Position numbers and translations under genes: made by a program
The notes under the pieces: generated by a model
What the model was told of the DNA's origin: nothing
The model's database searches: none
The model's input: the letters and a program-made list of their open reading frames with translations, nothing else
Shown: in pieces, positions 56,913 to 64,000 of the stretch
Numbering within the stretch: position 1 is the stretch's first letter
Layout: each line of letters starts with the position of its first letter
From: the human T2T-CHM13v2.0 reference genome, Homo sapiens
Direction: 5' to 3' (one strand)
Assembly: GCF_009914755.1 (NCBI RefSeq)
Contig: NC_060932.1
DNA: 64,000 nucleotides

Positions 56913-57573
56913 TGTGCAGTAAAAGATTAGCTTAGCAGACCTGTGTTGTCAAACGCTACACATTCCAAAGAAGGATCTGGTCTTGAATGGCTCCTGGGAG
57001 ATAACTTTTTATCCCTTAGAATATTCTATCTAATAAGAGTGTTTGTGTATGCCTGAGATCTTGGCTTATACTATGGGTCTCTGAGATCTTGGCCCATGTT
57101 ATAGATCTCTGTTGAATCCTGATAGTGTATGCTAGCAATGTGATTTATGGTAAATGTCAGTTTTTATATGTCTGAGACTCTCAGTCAGGCTATGTCAGTT
57201 TGACGTCTAGAGGGCAGGAGACTTAATAACTGAGGTCAGTTGCTTAGGTGCTACATGCCTATGTAACTGACCACCTCTCTGCAAGCCCCCTGATGCCAAG
57301 ACTCAGGAAAGCTTACCTGGTAGGCAATACTCCATCTGTGTTATGCACATCATTAGTAGGAGAATTAAGTACAACCCTGTGTAATGCCAGTAGGAGGAGA
57401 CACCCGGAAACTTACATCTAATTTCTCTTGGATTTTACCCATGTGTGTTTTTCCTTTTGCTATTTTTCATCTATTTTTTTCTGATATAAACTATAAGGGT
57501 GAGTACAATAGCTTTTCTGTATTCTGTGAGTTATTCTAGTTAATCATCAAACATGAAAGTGGTATTGGAAACA
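56913..57573 (+). mobile_element. MER77/MER68/MER21-family LTR
   Basis: tgtgcagtaaaagattagcttagcagacctg...cacattccaaagaa start. Confidence 0.68.
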
Positions 57574-59179
57574 GAGTGGAATTTTTATGTTCATAAGGTT
57601 CATTTTCATGTTCAATATATTTTTATTTAATTTCCCATGAGATTTCCTTATTACCTGCTATTTAGAAGTATACAGTTTGTTTTACAAATGTTTGGAAATT
57701 TTTCTGGTATCATTTTATTATGAATTTTTAGTTCCCTTCCATTTTTGTCTGAGAACAACTATTTTCAATTTTTAAAATGCGTTAGTTTTAATTTTATGTT
57801 TTTAAATGTTTCTGGATATCATGTCTCAAGGAATATGCTCTATGGCCATTTGAAAATAATGTGTATTTTGCTGATACTGGGTGGAGTGTTCTATAAATGT
57901 TAACTAGATCCTGGTGGTAGATGGTGATTTGAGTTCCTGTATATCCTTGCTGATTATTAGTATAGTTGTTCCATCAATTTTTGAGAAATGGATGTTGAAG
58001 TTACAAAATATAATTATGGATTTGTCTATTTCTCTTTGGAGTTCTATAAAATTTTTCTTTCTTTATTTTGCAGTTATATATTTTGATGCATACACCTTAA
58101 GAAATGCTGTATCTTTTCTGTGGAGTAATCTTTTTGTCATTATATAATATCTCTCCTTATCTCTTATAATTTCCTTTGCTCTAAAATATAATCTATCTGA
58201 TATTAACTTAGTCACTCCTGTTTTCTTTTGCTTAGTGTTTTCATTATATATTTTTTATTAACTTTCAATTTTCCAACAATGTCATATTTGAAAAGAGTTG
58301 TAGATAGCATATAGTTAACCCATGTTTTTAATCCTCTTGGTATTTCTGTCTTTTAATTGGTTGAATTTAATGTAATTATTAATATGTTAGGACATAAAAG
58401 AGTAATTTTTTATTTCATTTTATAACACTTATAATATTTCATTTCATTTTTTATTTACTCTTTGTTATTGTTTTTCACTGCACTGGCTTTTTCCCTTTTT
58501 GTGGGTTACTTGAACGTATTTTAAAATTCAATTTTAATTTATCTATTGCATTTTGAGTGTATCTACTTGTATAGCTATTTTTAATTGTTGATCTAGTTGT
58601 TATATGTCATAACTCTAGGTAGTTATAACTGTAGATGTTCAATAGGTTAGGCATGTTAAATACATTTTGAATACATGTACACACACACACACACACACAC
58701 ATACACATTACTGGTGTCATCATTTTACCAGTTTGAGTGAAGTATAGAAAATTTACCTCTTTTTACAATCTTTACCTTCCTGTTTATAATTGTCTTAAAT
58801 ATTTTTGCTACATGCATTTAGAACCACATCAAACAGTATTACAACTTTTGCTTCCATCATCAAACATAATTTCAAAATCTCAAGGGAAGAGAAAATTACC
58901 CATATTTTTGCTTACTCTGTTTGTCTGTTTGTTTTTCTTTACTGATGTTCTTAGGTTCCTTTTATTGTTTCATTTCTGTTCAGGGAAGTTCATTTACCTA
59001 ATTTCTTAGGGTAGGTCTCCTAGTGACAAATTCTGATAGTTTTTGTTCATATGAGGATATGTTGATTTTTTCTTCATTATGGAAGTATATTATTACTGCA
59101 TATAGGATTATAAGTTGGCAGGGTTTTTTCGTTTGTTTGTTTTTTGTTTTGTTATTGTTGTTTTGTTTCTTTTTTAAAG

Positions 59180-59535
59180 AGATGGTCCTGAACTTATGGT
59201 AGTTCAACTTATAACTTTTTAACTTTGCTATGGTACAAAAGAAATACTCATTCAGTAAAAACTGCACTTTCAGTACCCATAGAACCATTCTGTTTTTCAC
59301 TTTTAGTACTATACTCCATAAATTACAATAGTTATTCAACACAATAAAATAGGCTTTTTGTTAGATAATTTTGCCCAACTATAAGCTAATGTAAGTTTTT
59401 GAATATATTTTAGGAAGACTGGGCTAAGCTTCCTGATGTTCAGCAGGTTAGGTGTATTAAATGCATTTTTGGCATATTTTCAAAATATTATGGGTTCATC
59501 AGTATGTAAACCCGTCATAAGTCAAGGAATATTTA
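59180..59535 (-). mobile_element. MER47A (Tigger5 derivative)
   Basis: agatggtcctgaacttatgg...aaccattctgtttttcactt...cataagtcaaggaatattt. Confidence 0.82.
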
Positions 59536-60338
59536 TACTTGAAAATTATTGTCACTTTCTCCTGACCACTATAGTTTCTAATGAGTAATCTGTTATTATT
59601 AGAAGTGTTTTTCCCTATAGGTAAGGTGTTTTATTTCACTTCTTTCAAGATTTCTAATTTTAGTTTTTAGAATTTTGACTATTATGTATTTTGATGTGGA
59701 TTTCTTTAGATTTATTCTGTTTGAAATCCATTCAGTTTCTTGAATCTCTCTATTTATGTATTTTCTCAAATTTGGGAAATTTTTAGCCCCTTTTTTAGCA
59801 TTTCAAAAAATAGTTCAATGTGTTTCTGAGGCTCTGTTATTTTCTCCAGTCTATTTTCTGGAACAGTGTATGTTTGGAATGGGCAATTTTGTTATCCTAT
59901 CTTCCAGTTCAATGATTCTTTCCTTTCCCTCCATTCTGATGTTGAGCCATTCATTGAGATTTTTAACTTGGTTATTATATTTTTAAGCTTACCCTTTTTG
60001 TTTGTTTCTCCTTAATGTCTTCGATTTCCTGTCAGAGATTTTTTATTTTATTGTTGGGACTTTCTGTTTTTCTGTTTGTTTTAAGCACCTTTGTAATTGC
60101 TGGTTAGAACATTTTTCTGATGTCAGCTTTAAATTTTTTTAGATAAGCTAATATCTTTTTCACCTTAGTCTTCACATTAATTAGAGACTTTTTTATTTAG
60201 TTTGAGATCTTCCTGGTTTTTGCTGTGACAAATTACTTATTTTTCAAACCTAGGACATCTTCAGTATTATGTTATAAGATTCTGGATATTATGTAAATCT
60301 TATATTTTAGCTAAATTATTTTGATAGTACTTTAGCAG

Positions 60339-60660
60339 GGGAAGAAGAGATGCTGCATCATTATTGTCAGATGAAAGTAGATGTCAAGATTCCTTCTTCG
60401 CCTCTGTTGACACCCAAGGGAGGAGGCTGTTTGTTAACACTGGGTATAGTGGAAGTCTTGGCTCCTCACGGGGTCTCCACTGATGTACTCCTACCCCTCT
60501 TGGTCTGGGAGATATCAGTGTAGACCTAGTGAGAAGCCAAAACTTCCACTATCTGCAGCATTAACAAAGAGCCTCCTCCCTTGAGTGTCAACAAAGGCTA
60601 ACAAGGGAATCTGAACATCTACTTTCATCTGGCAATAATGATTCAGGATCTTTTCTTCCC
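60339..60660. repeat. Long imperfect inverted repeat (146-bp arms, 29-nt loop)
   Basis: 60339-60484 is ~85% identical to the reverse complement of 60514-60660 (manual alignment, ~22 differences in 147). Confidence 0.93.
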
Positions 60661-61904
60661 ATCAACACCATTTAGGGTTTTAGCCTTGTTACTGTTGGAC
60701 AGTAGTAAAAGTTCTAAAGAAGATGTGTTCAACATCAACCCGTCTTCTACCATCAACACCACAAGGGTTTTAGCTTTGTTATTCTTGGGCAGTAGTAAAA
60801 GTTCTGACTCTCTACTGGGATTCCTCTGGCATAAATCCAGGAAGGAGTGTAGTGGTGCTGCATTATTGTCAGGTGGGAATGGAAGCATAGACTCCCTACA
60901 CAGCCTTCTCTGAAACCATCACAGTGGGGAGGTTAGAATACCTTGTTAATGCCAGATAAGGGTGAAAGTTGAGTTCCCCATTCAGCCTTTGTTGTCATGT
61001 GTAAGGATAAAGCCACAACATATACTGTGGTGTTTGGTGTTTGGCTAGAATAGTAAATTTACTATGTACAATATTTCTGACTTGCTAGATGGCTCCTTTC
61101 CTGCTTTTTTCACTCAAGAGAACAGATTTAATTATTTATTTATTATTAATAATAATTATTTAATCTGTGCCCATTGACATTTTTGGGTTGCTGACGTCTT
61201 CAGTTCTAATCTGGGAAATGTAAAGCAAAAACAAAATTCAGGAAACTCATCACCATATCATTCCTTGCTCCCTAGCTTGTCTGCCTTGACTCTACCTGTC
61301 AGAGTATTCTTATTATGGTTTTATGTATAATACACAGAGTTTTTTGTTTTACTTAGCAGGGAGAATAGGGAAAATTACATCTACTCAATTTTTCCGTAAG
61401 TGATTTCACAGCGTATTTATTACAAAGAGGGATATTGATTTTTTTTTCCTCCTTTCTCACTTCCTTTCCCTCCTCCTTTCTTCTCTTTCCTTTCCTTTTT
61501 CTATTTACTTTTCTTTCCTTGTCTCTTCCTTCCTTCCTCTCTTCTCTTATCTTCTCATTTTATTCTTTCTCTCCTATTTTTTATCTTCTCTCATTCTATT
61601 TTTTCCCTGCTCCAACTTTGTTTTGTATATTTGATCTTCATCTCCATCTCTACTTTATTTCAGTACTCATTTTCTATCAAGCTAACCAAATATCTAATCA
61701 GAGATCATGGTCGTCTTCTATTTTCTTCTCCTTCTTCTTTAACTCAGTATGTGCATAATTGACTCATTGCTTGGGGAGCCACAACCAAAATAATTTTGCT
61801 TTTATAAACCTCTGTTAACATTCATTCCTTTCTTTTAGAAATAGTCACAACATCTCATGTTTCTTCTCAAAAGCAATCCTTCTGAAGCCTTCAATTAAAA
61901 AACT

Positions 61905-62125
61905 TTTTCTGACAGTAGAAAGGAATGAGTTTTAGATTTAGACTGAGCCAAGTTTGAACCCTGGTTCTATAATTTCTTTTAGTTGTATAATTTTTGGGAA
62001 AATTACCTAGCTTCTGTGATCTTGGATTTCTCATCAATAAATTGAAGACTTAATGAGATAATGTTTGCAAAGTACCAAATATGGCTGTTGGTACATATTG
62101 TGTGCTCAATAAATACTAGTTAAAT
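61905..62125 (+). mobile_element. MIR SINE
   Basis: agtttgaaccctggttctat...atgagataatgtttgcaaagtacc...gtgctcaataaatactag. Confidence 0.75.
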
Positions 62126-62839
62126 CAAAATTATTAATTCCCAGTGATCTTTATCACTTCATCCAGTTTGGCTGTCAGCTTTGTTTCTGTAAGGTTATCT
62201 GTTATTATTACTTTGTTGTCATTGTTATTTTGTTATTATTAGTTAGGGTTGTCTGTACATTGAATAAAAAGGTTTATAAAATAGTTGAAATAATTTATTG
62301 ACTATTATTACAACCATTAAGATTATGTTCATCCAACTCAAGCTTCAATTTTATCACAGACAAATAATCAAACAAATATTTCCTCAATTAATAAAAGGAT
62401 ACTTTATAAGCACATATTTAAACTTCTTATTTATAATGCTGTGACTATTATCTGATCCAGTGTCAAATACAGTATTTTGTTATTGATGCTTTGCTATTTG
62501 CTTATGGCAGAAAGACTGCTCAAGAAAAGTCTAGATAATTGTTGATAATGCTTGATTTGAGACAAAATCACGACCCTTATTTTACATGAAAAACAGCTCA
62601 ATTAGGCCTCATTTCAGAAAGTTAGCTTCCTACAGTTATCCATTATGTCAGTATATTCTGCATTTGATGAGTAAAATGCAAGAAGAAATATAAAGATCAT
62701 TTTGATATTGCAAATACATTTATTAATCAAATTCTAAGCATAGTTAGTAAAACTAAATTCGTTTTAACTACAAGAGGATTTCCCAACTATTTTCCCCGAC
62801 ATTTTTAATAAATTACTTTTTATATTTGTATATATCTAA

Positions 62840-63146
<307 letters not shown>

Positions 63147-64000
63147 CAACATTTTACATTTTAATAAATAAAATCAAAGTATAAGACTATAATTTAAAAA
63201 ACATATTCTATGCCATATGCTTCACTGTCAAATTCCTCTACTCACTTACATTTGTGTCTTCCTGACAGTTTAATTCATACTAAATATTTTGCTTTCAAAA
63301 CAATTTCTTGATTTATCAATTTTGTATATTTTTTATCGATTTTGTGGATTGGTGAAAATGATTTGTAATTTTTATCTAATTCCCTTATCTACTTCTATTA
63401 TCATTATAATAATTTTAGTTAAATTGCTATTTGGTGTTTGGATTTTAAAAATACGTATTTTTAATAGTAATTCAAAATTATACACAATGTTTACTTTTGG
63501 GTAAATTTTCTCTCTGCAGTTATTTTTTTGTTTATTGTTTGGCTTTTATGTTTCTTTTATCAATATTTTTCCCAAGCCCTTCAAAGTAATATAAAGCCTT
63601 TCTATGTAAAATGTTTCTTACATTCAAGCATATCAATTATCCCATGCCTTCCATTTTCTTTGAGATCTTTTTCCAGAGTATCCCTCTTTTTACCATGCCA
63701 CTCTAGAAAGGCTATTTCATAGGTCTGCCACACAGCTGCCATCCTGAGACTTACCCTTATCTTAATCAGAGGTTGCATCATCTATTTTTGGATAATTTTG
63801 TGAGCTTGCATATGGTGTCCATGGTTTGTAACCTTGCATTTTTATTCAGGGCCTATATTTAACTTTCATTTTACCAAGTAAATAATTACAGGTTGAAAAT
63901 TATTTTCTACAGAATTTTAAAAGCATTCATCTATTGCATTCTAGCTTCTAGTGTTGCTTTTGAGAAGTCCAATGCCATTACTTTATTTTTTCAATGTGGA

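Larger units (their letters stand above)
56740..61400 (-). mobile_element. Very old L1M relic (ORF2 5' part, ORF1, probable 5' region)
   Basis: T-rich antisense L1 motifs (ggtggagtgttctataaatgt, taggtctcctagtgacaaattct); boundaries approximate. Confidence 0.65.

Noticed and set aside
61435-61758. F/S/L-rich ORF
   Set aside because: Translation of a CT-rich low-complexity tract

Overview
AT-rich, repeat-dense primate (most likely human or ape) genomic DNA, intergenic or deep intronic. I can support no host protein-coding exon, tRNA, rRNA or CRISPR array; the ORFs I can assign are transposon remnants. The main element is a two-LTR, internally deleted 5.73-kb HERV-H provirus on the minus strand (29483-35214) with a perfect TCTTC target-site duplication (TSD), a tRNA-His PBS and LTR7 LTRs resembling the pluripotency-associated LTR7up type. 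Around it are a near full-length Tigger1, MaLR and ERV LTRs, L1 fragments of several ages, Alus, L2/MIR relics and MADE1/MER2/MER47 DNA elements, often nested. Signals beyond standard repeat annotation: (i) a ~320-bp fold-back palindrome (146-bp arms, ~85% identical) with an adjacent tandem duplication at 60.3-60.8 kb; (ii) complementary loss of SOX versus KLF/Sp motifs between the two HERV-H LTRs; (iii) several local templated-duplication scars. I do not see convincing evidence of a wholly new biological system. Subfamily names come from remembered consensus sequences and identities were counted by hand, so both need Dfam/RepeatMasker and alignment confirmation.
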